Source: Octopus sinensis (taxonomy: Eukaryota). From it: 64,000 nt of DNA. The position numbers and the translations under genes are program-made. The stretch spans positions 58,838,001 to 58,902,000 of the forward strand of contig NC_043005.1 in assembly GCF_006345805.1 (NCBI RefSeq), written 5' to 3'. The stretch's first letter is position 1. Each line of letters opens with the position of its first letter. Shown here one piece after another: positions 12,163 to 25,926 of the stretch. The notes beneath the pieces are model-generated. The model did no database searches and was not told the origin of the DNA. It saw only the letters and a program-made list of their open reading frames with translations.

Positions 12163-13652
12163 AAGTTAGTTGATACCACTGACCTCAGCACTTGACTGGT
12201 ATGGTATGTTATCAATCCTGGAGGGATGGAAGAATCTCTGCAGGATTCAAACTCAGAATATAAAAAGCAGGAAGAAATACCACAAGGCATTTTTTCGCCC
12301 ATCACTCTAATGATTATGCCCATTGGCAGCATTTTATATACTGGTTTCAAATTTCAGCACAAGTCCAACAGTTTTAAGGGAAGGGGAAAGTTGATTACAT
12401 TGATCCTAATGCTCAACTGGTATTTATTTCGTCAACCCTGGAAGGAAGAAGAGCAAAGCTGAACACGGCAGAATTTTAACCCATTACATAAAGATGGATG
12501 ATATGCTGCTTAGCATTTTTCCTGGTGTGTTAATGATTCTGCTAGCTTGCTGCCTTGGCTTTTTATATACTAACAAAAAAAAAAAAAAAATATTACTCAC
12601 TGATGTTTCTTTTATGGAAGACCTTGATAGAGAACTTCACTCTCATATTCTGACAGCTGTCAAGATGCCTTATAACTGTAAAGTCTTCCATATTAATGAA
12701 CTACATAACTATAATGCATATATGCAACAAATGAAAGCTACTGTATCATGTAAAACTTGTTATATTTCTATGTTTTTTCACTGAAGCGGTTTATTCAGAC
12801 CGATGAGATTTTTTTTTTGGTAATGGTGAAACCAACATCTGTTATGCAGTAGAATTAATCAACCAAATAGCCAGGCCCCATTAATGATTAACTGCCAAAG
12901 GCTGTTTATAGTCTTAGATGGCAGCAGACATTGACTTTTTAATTCTTGATTCAGAAGGATGTCTAACATTTTCCTATCAATAATATAGTATTTAATTTTT
13001 TTTTATTTTTCTATTATTTGCATGGGATGTTATTGCAAAAGCAATCATTGCGTCTGAACTTACAGCACACTGGGAGGACAGACACGACGTTTCTCACCAT
13101 CTGAAAAAGAACATTAAAAAAAAAAAAGGCAAATATCAGAACTTAGTCAACGAGACCCTTATCAAAGGATAGCAGTTTCATTCCTTACTGAAGTTAGCTG
13201 CATTATTGTATTATGTTATTTTCTGCAGAAGATATCTCTGGAACTGAGACAAATGAAGAAAGCCACCAAGAAGCTAGACATAGAAGCTGAAAGCAGCTCA
13301 AAGTGGCTGTGGATGACAAAAGACCCCAGGTGGAACCTTTCTGTAGGTGAAGACTAATTAAGTCCTTCTTACTCTACTCAGATGAAGCATACAGCCTCAA
13401 GGGCTGAATGTTTGTGACACTTAGGAACTTGCTGATGATGTCAAAGTGATTCCAGTAATGCAATGGATTCAGAAGAACCTGCAATACATCTGTGGAGCTC
13501 TTGCTATTTCTGTGTGAGGCAAAGCATCTGCAAAGCTTGTTTCACCTTATTTTCCTGACTGTCTCCATTTTGTAGTCCAATTTAATTTGTTTACTTTTCC
13601 ATGAAACAGTAATTATTTGTTGCTGATTGTAAGTGATAGACTGGATGTTTAA

Positions 13653-13872
13653 CCCTTTAGCATTCAGATTAATTTGTCAAAAGTAATCCTTATTTATTCA
13701 CATTTAAAAAAATTTATCTGATATTATTTTGTAGCTTCAAGATAGGAAAGATGTAATTGCTTATTTTTAAAATGACATTGCAGGGTAGGTGTGAGATGCT
13801 GGTTCTAGCCAGTTTGAGCATAAATTGTGTAGAATATTTGGGCTGGATACAGCTGGTTTAAACACTAAAGTA
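13653..13872. mobile_element. piggyBac-like MITE (TTAA-flanked)
   Basis: TTAA|CCCTTTAGCA left end and degenerate ACTAAAGTA|TTAA right end. A related copy at ~51103-51750 is split by a SINE. Confidence 0.55.
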
Positions 13873-14399
13873 TTAAATCTAGTTAAAGTTTACTGTTCTG
13901 TATTTTATTCATAGCAAGAGATTTTCTCCCGTCAGTTTGCACCAGTAAACTCAACTACAAATACACTCATGCACACTCGTTCACATATGTTATATGCTTA
14001 CACTCACACACACACATTCCTACACAATCCAATACAAGAAAGCAAATGTAAAAGGATGATGATGATGATGACAATGATGACAATGACGATGAGGATGATA
14101 ATAATGATACACACATACACACACGCACACAGGCACACACACACAATATGATGGCTTCATGCACACTTTCTACTTGATAGCTCTCCACTTAATAATAAGG
14201 TATTTATCAAAGCCAGGCTATGGTAGAAGCCACTTACCTGAAGCATTACAGAATGGCATTAAGCAAACATAAAAACTACACGATTAGGAAACTAGATCCT
14301 TTACCAAAAAGCCTCACCTGTATCTGCATTCAAATCACCATCAGCTAGCAGGATGCATGGCTGCTCTTAAATACAAAGATCCTCCCTGGTGACCCTCCC

Positions 14400-15868
14400 C
14401 TAGTAAGTAGAAAGGTTGACAACTCACAAATCCCTTCAGGTAAATAGCCCTGCTCGATCTGTAGAAAAAGTGTAGGTAGTAACTCTGTAAGATGTACCCG
14501 GTGTAAGCTTTGGCCTCATAAATAGTGCAGTAATATCAGAGGAAGGTTAACAGAGAAAATAGCTTTTGTGTTTGGTAGAAGCACAAATACAATAAACACT
14601 GAAAATGTGCAGAAAATAGACTCCATCATCTGTTGTAGAGGTAAGCTAGAGGTAGTAGACAGCTTCTGTTACCTAGGTGTTCAAGTCAGTACCAGAGGTG
14701 GATGCTCCAAAAGCATAGCTGTCAGAATAAGATTAGGCTGGGCAAAGTTTAGGGAGCTCCTGCCTCTGCTGGCAACAAAGGGACTCTCTCTCAGAGTGAA
14801 TGGCAGATTTTATGATGACTGTGTGTGAACAGCTATGCTACATAGCAGTGAAATATGGGCTGTGACAGCTGATGGCATGCGTAGGCTTGAAAGAAATGAA
14901 GCCAGTATGCTTCGCTGGATGTGCAATGTCAGTGTACATGTTTGACAGAGTGTAAGCATCTTTAGAGAAAAGTTAAGCAGAAGGGGCATCAGATGTGGTG
15001 TGCAAGAGAGACAAATGCATTGGTATGGTCATGTGATGCATATGGATGAAGGCATCTGTGTAAAGAAGTGCTGATCCCTAACTGTGGAAGGAAACTGGGG
15101 TAGAGGTAGACCAAGGAAGACATGGGATGAGGTGGTGAAGCATGATCTCCAAACTTTGGGCCTTACAGAGGCAATGACTAGTGACTGAGACCTTTGGCAA
15201 TATGCTGTGCATGAAAAGACACATCAAGCCAAGTGAAAACAGAGTCTTGGCTGATGCTGGTGTCACGTAACCAGCCCCCATGCATGTGGAAGGTAAAATG
15301 CACTTTTCAAGCATTGAGCCTCATGGAGGCAAAGTGGTTGAGCTCCTTTTGAGCGTTGGGCCTCACATAGGCAATGACTGAGACATTTGACATTATGTTC
15401 TGCTTGAGAAGATCCACCGAGCCAAGTAAAATGGCAGTCATGGCAAATATCAGTGTCATGCGAATAACACCCATGCTGGTGGCACGTAAAAGCACCTTTC
15501 GAGCATTGGGCCTCATGGAGGCAAGGACCGAGACCATTTGATAGTATGCTGTCCTTCAAGTGTTGGGCCTCATAGAGGCCCTGACTGAGTCCATTTGACA
15601 TTATACTGTGCTTGAGAAGAAGACCCATCATGCCAAGTAAAACCACAATTGTGGAAGATACTGGTGTTCTGCAAATGGCACTTATGCTGGTGTCACATAA
15701 AAGCATCCATTACACTCTTGGAGTGGTTGGCATTAGGAAGGGCACCCAGCTGTAGAAACCATGCCAAAACAGACTGGAGTCTGGTGTAGCCTTCCAGGTT
15801 GCCAACCCTGGTCAAAGCATCCAATCCATGCCAGCATGGACAGCAGACGTTAAATGATGATGATGATA
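14400..15868 (+). mobile_element. 5'-truncated RTE-clade LINE: RT C-terminus with a Cys/His finger, repeat-rich 3' UTR and (GAT)n tail
   Basis: SGK*PCSICRKSVGSNSVRCTRCKLWPHK*CS, KLEVVDSFCYLG, RLERNEASMLRWMC, HWYGHVM, GRGRPRKTWDEVVKHDL; tail at 15855-15868. Confidence 0.9.
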
Positions 15869-17318
15869 CAGTGTGCTCTATCGAAGGAATGAATGAAACA
15901 GCAAACACATTTGTATTAAACAAAGAACATCAACGTCCATTTATGTGTTCTGCATTAAAGGACACCGGGATTTGAAAGCAGCATCCTTTAAGAATAATTG
16001 CAAAAGCTGGAAATATACAGAAGTATATTGAAGTGAAGGTTTCTGTTAAAGCTTTCAATAATAACATTGGCAAATTACATATTAAAGAAACAGAATGGAA
16101 TAGGTTTCTGTAACTGCAGGTTAAAAGTGCTGGGAATTTCTTGACTGTTGGAAGCTTATTGCAAGAGTTTAACACAGCAGCCCATCCATCTCAGCATTTC
16201 TATTTCTTTTATGCTAGTGTTTGAGCTGTTTGCTATCCAGCTCACATTTCTAATTCACATTTCAGATTAGGGCCTGTTAAATTTGACATCTTGAACAAAT
16301 ATAATAATTTTTTTCCCAGGCTTTGTATCAATGCATCTCAGAAGGACACTTAATCTTACATACTCAAGATTCCTAGCTGTCAATGACAATAGATGTGTAC
16401 GCCATATTTGCTAGTATTCAAATGATGGATCAGGGCAGTTATAGGGAGTGCTTTATTGAAGCAGCAGTTCTCTACAAATGAATTATCTTGAAAAATGAGA
16501 AACCAAATGGATACAGATGTTCTTCAAATGTTTCAATTTTGGATTAGTTTTCTTATGGTAAAGTATAAAACAAAACCTACAAGTCTGTTTATAAATTTTA
16601 TATCAACATTGGAGTGAAATGGGGAGCAGAGTGCTGGGTTAAGAGTGAAAAATTATCTCCCTGAGTCATGCTGACTCACAAGGGCCAATTTCCTGGTTTC
16701 CATCGTGTATAAATTCTCCACCTGCATGGCACACCAGTCCGCCACAGGATTACAAATTCATGTTGCAGGTCCAGGAATTGAAACCACAATCTTACGACCA
16801 TGGTCTAACACCCTAGCCACTAAGCCATGTGCCTCCACAGTGTGTTTGGTAATATGTCTTTGTATATTTGGTTATGTTCTTTTATGTTCTGAATTAATGT
16901 TTCACCCTGGTTGACTTAGCTTTTCTTTCATGCAAAATTAATTTTAAAAATTTCCAGTTCAGTCAAGAATTGTAAAGCAAATTAAGTAGTCTTGAATCTT
17001 GGGTGTCACAGGGACCATTACTTAGTTTCCATGGCATATAAATAACTGAGTTCACAACATTTTCCCTCAACTGGACACTTGTTTACAACTGGGTGGACTG
17101 GAGCGATGTAAAATGAAGTGTTTTGCTCAAGAATGCAAGGGACCACTAAGTCCTGTAATTGAAACCATGAGTTTGTGACTGTGATTGCAACACCCTAACC
17201 ACTAGACCATCCACCTTCACAGTAATGTATTGAGGTTGATATATGATTAACTGTACTGTTGAAGGAAGTGCTCCATCATGACTACAAGAAACACTGCCAT
17301 CACTACCACTGAGGCTGG

Positions 17319-17730
17319 TGGATTAACCATTAAGCAAAATAAGCACCTGCTTAGGGCATCAAGGAAAGTAGGGGGCACCACAGAAATGGTAAATGGTTTA
17401 TGGCACAAAACAAATAATTTAAAACTTGCTAAAATAACATTTAGGATGTCTTTATCTCTACTAAGTATAGATGTAGATATGTTACCTAAGATTAATTTTG
17501 AGGATCTAATCAAAGACTTTGCAATTCGAAAAAATAGGAGGAAGCTTTTCAAATATAAATAAAATGGAAGTATAAAAAATAAATTCCCTCTTACTGTTTT
17601 GTTTCGTTTTGAAAAATAAAAATTTATTTTATGCATTGTTATTGTTTATATTTTGAATTACATAATCTTTTATGGGGGCACCAAAATCTTTTAAGTGCTT
17701 AGGGTCCTGATGGGTCTTAATCCAACCCTG
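17319..17730 (+). mobile_element. Internally deleted hAT element retaining the C-terminal dimerization domain
   Basis: LKLAKITFRMSLSLLSIDVDMLPKINFEDLIKDFAIRKNRRK; right end TTAATCCAACCCTG is the reverse complement of a CAGGG..GGATTAA hAT-type TIR; left end partly deleted. Confidence 0.7.
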
Positions 17731-18451
17731 CTGGTCAGACCGCAAAAATTGCACTATTTTGATGACATTATCTGGGTACAAAAGCATTTATACTAGGGGC
17801 ATATATTCTGGGTGTGTTATGAGTGCTCCACACACCTATCGAAAATGGTAAATTCATCATAAATGTTAACCTTACTCATTAATTTAATCACAAATCTTAA
17901 TGGAAAACTTTTGTTATATCCCTGCTTAAAATTTGGTGGCACTGTTTTGTGCCCAAATTCTTGAGGGCTAAAAGAATGGAAAATGAGGTCCCAAAAAGAA
18001 ATGTAAATTTAATTTGCACTATATTGTTTAGTAATAAACTTGGAACCCTAGCACAATGACATACTATATATATAGCAAATTATACTGAATATGAAACCAC
18101 ATGATATGGGAATTCCAACATGCCAGTCAGTAACCCAAATATAACCAAAACAGAGCTGTAGTGTATAGCTGAATTTATTGTGGAAACATTTATAAGAGCG
18201 TTAAGTAAATTCACTGTTTGTGTATTACTATTGTTATTAGATTGTGGTATTGGATTATCTAGAGTCCTATCATATCTAGTGGTTTGCAAATTTTGAAATA
18301 TACGGTTATTAGAATTTTGTTGAGATTCAGTTAATGTTTATAGCATTGTTGTATATTCTCATAATGCTACCTCTTGAACTAGTTTTATATTGAGTATTAT
18401 TTGGTGCTTCTATGACTGTTCTGTATTTCTATACTAGTATTACTATTATTT

Positions 18452-18672
18452 GAGTGTGGCCATTGCCAGTACTGTCTGACTGGCCCTTGTGTGCCGGTGG
18501 CACGTAAAAGCACCCACTACACTCTCGGAGTGGTTGGCGTTAGGAAGGGCATCCTGCTGTAGAAACTCTGCCAGATCAGAGTAGAGTCTGGTGCAGCCAT
18601 CTGGTTCACCAGACCTCAGTCAAATCGTCCAACCCATGCTAGCATGGAAAGCGAATGTTAAACGACGACGAC

Positions 18673-18705
<33 letters not shown>

Positions 18706-18706
18706 A
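18452..18706 (+). mobile_element. RTE 3'-UTR fragment with (GAT)n tail
   Basis: ggttggcgttaggaagggcatcc motif and tail shared with 15700-15868. More copies at ~6270-6490, 36868-37100, 41720-41890, 45775-45975, 59988-60125, 60805-60950. Confidence 0.8.
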
Positions 18707-18739
18707 TATTTATATTTGTTAAGTTTTCTTCCATTAGAG

Positions 18740-20430
18740 CTGGTGATAATTGATCCTATGTTTGGCAATGTAGAAAAAGAAATTTTAATTGTTGGTCTAT
18801 TGAATATATGATGCAAGAATATAGGCTTTATCAGGAATAGTTCAACAAGACAGTAATCTTGGTATTATATTTGATAAAATATTAATGATAGCAGAAACAA
18901 GAGGCTCAAATATATTCTGAGAAAGCCTTGGCAATTATATGGTGCACTAAAAGAACTTGGTATTTTCTGCTTGAGGACAAATTTCTATTGGAGTCAGGTC
19001 AAAACTTACCAGAATTTACTTCCAGCAACAATTTTGGTTTATCAAAATTAACATCTGAATGCATCATAAAGAAGCTTTACAAAGAACATTATTTGATTAC
19101 AAAATATTTTATGTAAAGTGATCTGAAATACCACATACTAATAATGCATGCGTTGGTGTGAATTTATTTATTTTGGTTCATATAATTGTAACTATAATAA
19201 TGATAATAATAATTTTCTTTCTGTCCATCTCTTTTAAAAACTGTTATGAAATATGAAAAGATATATAAAATTGAAAACTACTAGAGATAATATTTTATCT
19301 GGCACATTGAAAAGAATTTTTAATAACAACTGAACCAATTGTTTTGTTGTTGAAAGACTATTTGCACTATTGAAAAATAAGTTGGATGCTGAAGGTGGCA
19401 TCTTATGTAATGGAGAAATACATGTTCTACTAACCTGATTGAGTACATACATAAAATCTGTGTATGTGGTGTGCATTGTGTATCAGATGCAACAAGGAAT
19501 TGATTGAAATTAAAAGCATTGTGGTGAGATTGCTGTAAAGATGTGGAATGATATGCAAGATTCTAATGTGTTTAGAATAAAACCAATGTTATCTCCTTTA
19601 GAGCACAAACAACCTGAAAAAATACAAAACAGTTGGGTATATGTGCATATAAATCATGCTTTATGCGAAGAATTTAGGACTATTCTCACTTATTGATGCA
19701 TATTCTAGGTGGCTAGAAGCAATAAGAGTTATGAATAAAGAAGCAAAAAAGTTAAAGAGATTTTAAGAAATGTGTCTTGCGGAATTGGTGTATTGGAAAC
19801 ATTAATTTTTGACAATGCCTGGGAATTTCATATTAGCTTATGTACATAGTTTAATAAGATTATATGACTCCATGAAAACATCTCCATAACATTCAGAATC
19901 AAACGGAATTGCTGACAGAACGGTCACAAGTGTTAAAATGGGATTAGAGCATATTTATCAAATAAAGGTTTTATTAATGCGTATTTGAGCTGCATGCTTC
20001 TGAGTTATTGGAAAATCCCTCACTTAGGAAGACATCTTAGTCCATCTGCTTTGATGGGCATACAATAGCGATCACTAATAACAATGTCTTATGAAACTGC
20101 AGCTCAATTTTGGTATCGATGCAGAAGAAATGATGAGCCATAACAAGCAGGATTTATATCTCAAGCAGGTAATAATGTGGCCGTAATTGTTAAGGGTGAA
20201 CAGGGTATGCTGGTTCGTTCAGATCAAATAAACGACAATGACACAAATATTGATTGTGAACAAAATGTAGAATCGGTCCCTGCAGCTTTAAATAATAATC
20301 TGGATTCTATGAATAATTGTTATTTGATAACTGAAACAGGAGCAAAGATTGCAGATGGTATTAGATGCAGTTCTCAAATAATGAAAGGAATTAAACCAGT
20401 TCATTTCCCTGGAGATGTGGTTTTGTTATT
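18740..20430 (+). mobile_element. Decayed Ty3/Gypsy pol (RNase H + integrase)
   Basis: DARI*ALSGIVQQ (18810), EKALAIIWCTKRTWYFLLEDKFLL (18919), KDVE*YA, DAYSRWLEA (19695), GVLETLIFDNAWEF, SP*HSESNGIADRTVTSVK (19881). Confidence 0.8.
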
Positions 20431-20443
20431 ATGCTAATAATAT

Positions 20444-20626
20444 TGTAGCATTGCATGCATATTACATGCTTACATGTCAAGGTAACTGTTTAACATGGTT
20501 ACTAGTTTAATGCCAGGGAGCTTAGCCACTCAACTGAATAATGCTTCCGTTGGTAAATTTTAGAGAGCAGCTGATTTACTTGGATAAACACCTTAAAACC
20601 TAACATATAATTATATATGCACTACA
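20444..20626 (+). mobile_element. Candidate 3' LTR of the Gypsy element
   Basis: Begins TGTAGCATTGCAT and ends ATGCACTACA (TG..CA with short terminal inverted repeat), just downstream of integrase. No clear PPT or matching 5' LTR. Confidence 0.35.
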
Positions 20627-20724
20627 CAGCGTTTTTAAGGTAATGCAAAATGTAAGTTAAAAATTTTTTTTAGTAAATATATCATTTACTAAATTCTTTA
20701 GAAATTTACTAATTTTTTAGGAAA

Positions 20725-20891
20725 CAGGTATGGCTGTGTGGTAAAAAGCTTGCTTCCTAACTACATGGTTCCCAGTTCAGTCCCACTGCATGGCAGCTTG
20801 GGCAAAAGTCTTCCACAATAACTTCGGGCCAACTAAAGTCTTGTGGATAGATAGGAGGAAACAGTAAAACGTCCATCATATACAGACATAT

Positions 20892-20948
<57 letters not shown>

Positions 20949-21335
20949 TGTTAAGAAGCTTGCTTCCCAACCACATGAATCCAGGCTCAGTTTCACTGCA
21001 TGGCACCTTGGGCAGGTCTCTTCTACTATAGCTTCGGGCTGACCAAAGCCTTGTGAGTGAATTTGGTAGATGGAAACTGAAAGAAGGCTGTACTATATAT
21101 ACTTATGTGTGTGTGTGTCTGTGTTTGTACCCCAAACATCACTTGATGACCGATATTGGTGAGTTTACATCCCTGTAAGTTAGGGGTGTTTGGCAAAAGA
21201 GACCTACAGAATAAGCAAAAAGCTTACAAAGAATAAGTCCTGGTGTCGATTTCTTTGACTAAAAGACCCCTTTAAGGTGTGCTCCAGCATGGCCATAGTT
21301 AAATGACTGAAACAAGTAAAAGAAAAGAATAAAAG
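20725..21335 (+). mobile_element. Family-A SINE with two successive heads
   Basis: Heads at ~20725 and ~20950 separated by (TA)n; tail ends ~21335. Confidence 0.8.
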
Positions 21336-21442
21336 AATATAATTAAATAAATCTATAATTAAAATATAAATGACTTGGTAAATAAAATTGTTTCCCTAAG
21401 GTGTTTATTTTTCATTGAGTAAAAAAATTAACCAATCTAAAC

Positions 21443-21790
21443 CAGTGGTTCTCAACTGGAGTCCATATGAACCCCCAGGTTCAATATAAGATTTTGGGGT
21501 GTCCATGCTGCAATATAATAATAAATTGGGGATCCACAACAATATTTTAAGGGCTCCTGAAACATTTTTACTTTAGCTGTATGTATTGCAAGAAACAGAG
21601 AGGTTTCTTTCTCTACCATTGTACTTAGTTCAAACTACACAAATGAATATGTGAAAAACCCAATAGGAATTTTGGAAGAAGCTTCTTTAAAACTAGTTTT
21701 TAAACATGAAATGGCTAGCGGGGTGGGGGTCAACCGGAATAAAATAGTAATCAAAGGGGTCCATAGATAAAAAATGTTTGAGAACCTCTG
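21443..21790. mobile_element. hAT (Charlie-like) MITE
   Basis: TIRs CAGTGGTTCTCAAC / TTTGAGAACCTCTG; 8-bp TSD ATCTAAAC/ATCTAAAT. Confidence 0.85.
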
Positions 21791-23020
21791 ATCTAAATAA
21801 GGCTTTGGTAAATTTCCTCTCTGGCTGAAGAGTTCTCAATTTTGGCATAAATGCTTCCTTATTTGCAGAATTTTGAACTGTGTCTTCAGATGGTGGTTAA
21901 TTTTTTAACATGCACTTTGGAATGTTAAGACTTCAAATTTAGGGAGGGAGTTTAGTCAATTAAATCAACCTCAGTCCTTAATTGGTGCTTCATTTTACTG
22001 ACCATTTCTTTAAAGGCTGAGTTGATTTCAGTGGGATTTGATCCCAGAACATAATGGTTTACATATAACTTCATACTGGCTTCATATTTTGGTTTCAAAT
22101 TTGACACAAGGTCAGCAATTTTGGGGTAGGGGAGAAATTGATTACATCAACCCCAGGGTTCAACTGGTAATTATTTTATTGACCCTGGGAGGATGAAAGG
22201 CAAAGATGGCCTTAGAGGAATTTGAACTTAGAACATATAGATGGATGAAATGCCACTAAGCATTTTTCCCAACAAGCTAACAATTCTTCCATCTCACCAT
22301 CTTACATGTAACTAAATATTGATTTCAAATTTTGGTACAACGCCAGCAATTTTGAGGGAGGGTTAATTCAATTACATACACTCTAGTACTTGACTGGTAT
22401 TTATTTCATTGACCCCAAAAGGATGTTAGTCAAAGTCAACCTCAGCAGAATTTGAAATCAGATCGTAGAGATGGACAAAATGCTGCTAAGCATTTGGTTT
22501 GGCATGCTAATGATTCTGCCAGCTTGCTGCCTTACACATAACTAGATATTTCAAGGTATTTTGTCCAATATTCTATCAATTCTGCCAATCCAGCATTCAA
22601 TTTTTATTTTAATGTTAATCATGGATTATCTCTGTCTCTGTAAAAAAAGCATCATCACCACCTCCACCACCACCATCACCACCACCAACAACAACAATAG
22701 CAATAGTTAAAAAGAAGGAATAAATTCTATACACGTGACTGCTTACCAATGAAGGAAGATGACAGATGGACAAGAGATAACAATATAGGTACTGGCAGTA
22801 TAACTATTAACTCTCCATCAAGGGAACCAATTTAACAAAGTCATTTCTCGAACTTTCAAATAATGATGGTTTTTAATTTAGCCACAAAGCTAGAAATTTT
22901 TGAAAGAAAGGGCTCACTTGATGAAATCAGGCTCAGTACTTGAACAGTACTTCATTTTATTGATCCTTGAAGAATAAAAAGCAAAGCTTACCTCAGAGGG
23001 ATCTGAACTTGGAATGTAAA

Positions 23021-23597
23021 CAGCTTTGTCACATGAATTTTAGGGGCCCCTACAAATTTTTGATTCAAGGCCCCATCCCTTCAATCAAAATTCATAATCT
23101 ACACACCTTTTATTCATAGCTATATTTCATTTTATTCTATCTGAAGTTCAATATTTCATGTTATCCTAAAGAACATCTTTAAAAGTACAAGTTAAATTCA
23201 TTTAGGTCTATTACAAATTTCAATAAGTAAGACTTCCAGATATGAATAAAAGAGCAATTTTATAATCCAGGCAACTTTCAAAGACAAACACGGTGCACTT
23301 TTCACTTCATGAAATCATAGATCAATTCAGAATAATCAAGCTGAGAGCTAAGTTCATGTTCAAAAGATATCATAGATAGTCCATAGTCTGGTATATGTTC
23401 ATGTTACAATGTAATATTTTTACAGGAAGTTTTGTAGGTACAATGTATTTCCATTTCATTTCTTTAAATTTTCAGTTAAACATACTTTAATTCTTGTTCA
23501 ACATCTTAACCAAGGTAAATAGATGACTCATCTATGCACTCAACCGCGGAGGCCCCCTGTGAATGCAAGTGTTGCAAGGGTCTCAACGACGGCCCTG
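23021..23597. mobile_element. hAT MITE
   Basis: Right end GACGGCCCTG (CAGGGCCGTC TIR), degenerate left end CAGCTTTGTC; identical 8-bp TSD AATGTAAA at 23013-23020 and 23598-23605. Confidence 0.8.
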
Positions 23598-24355
23598 AAT
23601 GTAAAAGTTGCAATAAATACCACAGGGCATTTCTTTTTCTTTCTGATGCTGTCTAGCTGCCACCCAACCACCACAAGTTATATCAAACTACCTAAGCAGG
23701 GGAGACTGGCAAGAATTGTGGTTGCAGTTGTGGCTGTGTGCTTAAGAAGTTTGGTCTGGAAGTACGTCAGTTACATGGTTTCTAGTTCAATTCTTATGTT
23801 ACGCAGTAAAGTCATTGGCAGTGTCATTAGAGTGTTGGATAAAGTATCTCACAGTGTTTGCTCTGACTTTGCATAGTTTGGTTTCAAATCCCCTCAGCCC
23901 TGTCCCCTATCTCACTGCTGCTGCTGCTGCTGCTCTTGAACCAGACATTTTGTACCATGAGTTACAAGACCAGTACAAAAAGTTGGGTTCAAGAGCAACA
24001 GCAGTGGTAACAAGATAGGGGACAGGGCTGAGGGGAGAGTCATAGTGCTACTAAGAACAATCATTCACACACACACACACAAACACATGCATGTACACAT
24101 GTACACACAAACACAGACACATGTGCATATAAAGAACACATAGAAGAACAGAATGGAATAAGTGGAGCAAGAGCACTCACAAAGACAGAAAGTGTCCTTG
24201 AGGAGGTCACAGATGAGTGACAGAAGATTTCCAGACAATGGACATGAGTTGGAATAAGAACAGTAATAAATGACTGAAGAATGAACTTATAGTGCATGTG
24301 TTTATTTGGCAAAAAAAAAGACAACAAGAAACAAAAATGTTCATTCTGAAATACA

Positions 24356-24389
<34 letters not shown>

Positions 24390-24597
24390 CTGTGTCTGTG
24401 TGTATGTGTATATATATATTTATACATGTATATATATTTGCATGAATAATATATAACATACACACATGCACACACACATCATAAAATATATCTAAAGAAT
24501 TTGAATGAAACAGCTGCCTATTTTCAATGGCATCAACTGGCTTATACACAGACACACACATGCACGCACATCGATATATATATATATATATAATATA

Positions 24598-24638
<41 letters not shown>

Positions 24639-25169
24639 GTGTATTTTACTGAATGAATCAAGGTAAGATAGAAAAAGAAAATTAGTCGTGCAAAAACAAA
24701 AACAAAAAAAAGGCAAAGAACAAGGAAAAATCTGATAAAAACTTATGGGAGAAAAGATGTTGATGTCAAATTAGTTAATTTTAGCACAAGCTGGAGATAG
24801 ATAACACATTAAATCAAGTCACCAGTCTGATGAAACTAAATTCTACTGGTTTTCATTGTTATATTCCTTTTTTTGTATCAGAAGCTTTTAAGAAATTTGT
24901 TATCTGCAACATTGTCTAAGAATTATGAGAAGTTTATCAGTTTTCAAGAAATTTCCAGTGTTTGTTTGTTACCTTTTTTTTAATTTTTATATCTAACTTT
25001 CTTGTTCATTTTTAGTTTTCCTCCCAATTATTTTTGGTTCATGTTCTTAAATATATATATAGATATATCATCATCATCATTGTATATATATGTGCATATG
25101 TATGTATATATATATATATATACACACACATACATATAGACATATATATATATATATAAGTTAGGATTA

Positions 25170-25239
25170 ATATTCCCTCAAATAATTATTATATATATAC
25201 ATATACATATAATTATATATGCATATATATATATGTACA

Positions 25240-25300
<61 letters not shown>

Positions 25301-25445
25301 TAATATATATATATATATATTATATATATATATACATATACATAGATATACATACATATATACATACATACATACATATGTATATATAATTATATATATA
25401 TATATATATAAATACATACACATATACATATACATATATACATAT
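25170..25445. repeat. (TA)n-rich tract just upstream of the CFAP65 acceptor
   Basis: Directly visible. Confidence 0.9.
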
Positions 25446-25468
25446 CTATTTTTTTTTCTTGTCTTTAG

Positions 25469-25595
25469 AATCTACCTCACCTATTCTATGAAAATGAGTT
25501 GGAATGTTTTGTGTATTTCAAGTGCTTACGAAGCTACCACATAGCAAAGGATAACACCATGTGTCCACCATTCTGTGTAACTCTAAATTGTTCAG
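25469..25595 (+). CDS. CFAP65: Internal coding exon of CFAP65-like gene: [42 protein letters not shown](G)
   Basis: Acceptor tttttttcttgtctttAG, donor GTAAGT at 25596; 127 nt (phase 0 to 1). Resembles recalled human [44 protein letters not shown]. This frame is absent from the ORF track. Confidence 0.85.
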
Positions 25596-25723
25596 GTAAG
25601 TTATAAATGTATATGTGTTTATATGTTGCTTTAACTGTTGATGTCTTTGGTGGTGTTATTGTAGGAGATGCTGTTGGAGTTCTTGTTGCTCTTGTTGAAA
25701 TTTACTTCTTTATCTACAGCATA

Positions 25724-25894
25724 GGCGCAGGAGTGGCTGTGTGGTAAGGAGCTTGTTAACCAACCACATGGTTCCGGGTTCAGGCCCACTGCGTGGCACC
25801 TTGGGTAAGTGTCTTCTACTATAGCCTCGGGCCGACCAATGCCTTGTGAGTGGATTTGGTAGACGGAAACCGAAAGAAGCCTGTCATATATATG

Positions 25895-25926
<32 letters not shown>

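Noticed and set aside
23522-23655. Cys-rich peptide PCECKCCKGLNDGPECKSCNKYH (laminin-EGF/metallothionein-like)
   Set aside because: Straddles the right TIR and TSD of the hAT MITE at 23021-23597, so it is a chance junction ORF.
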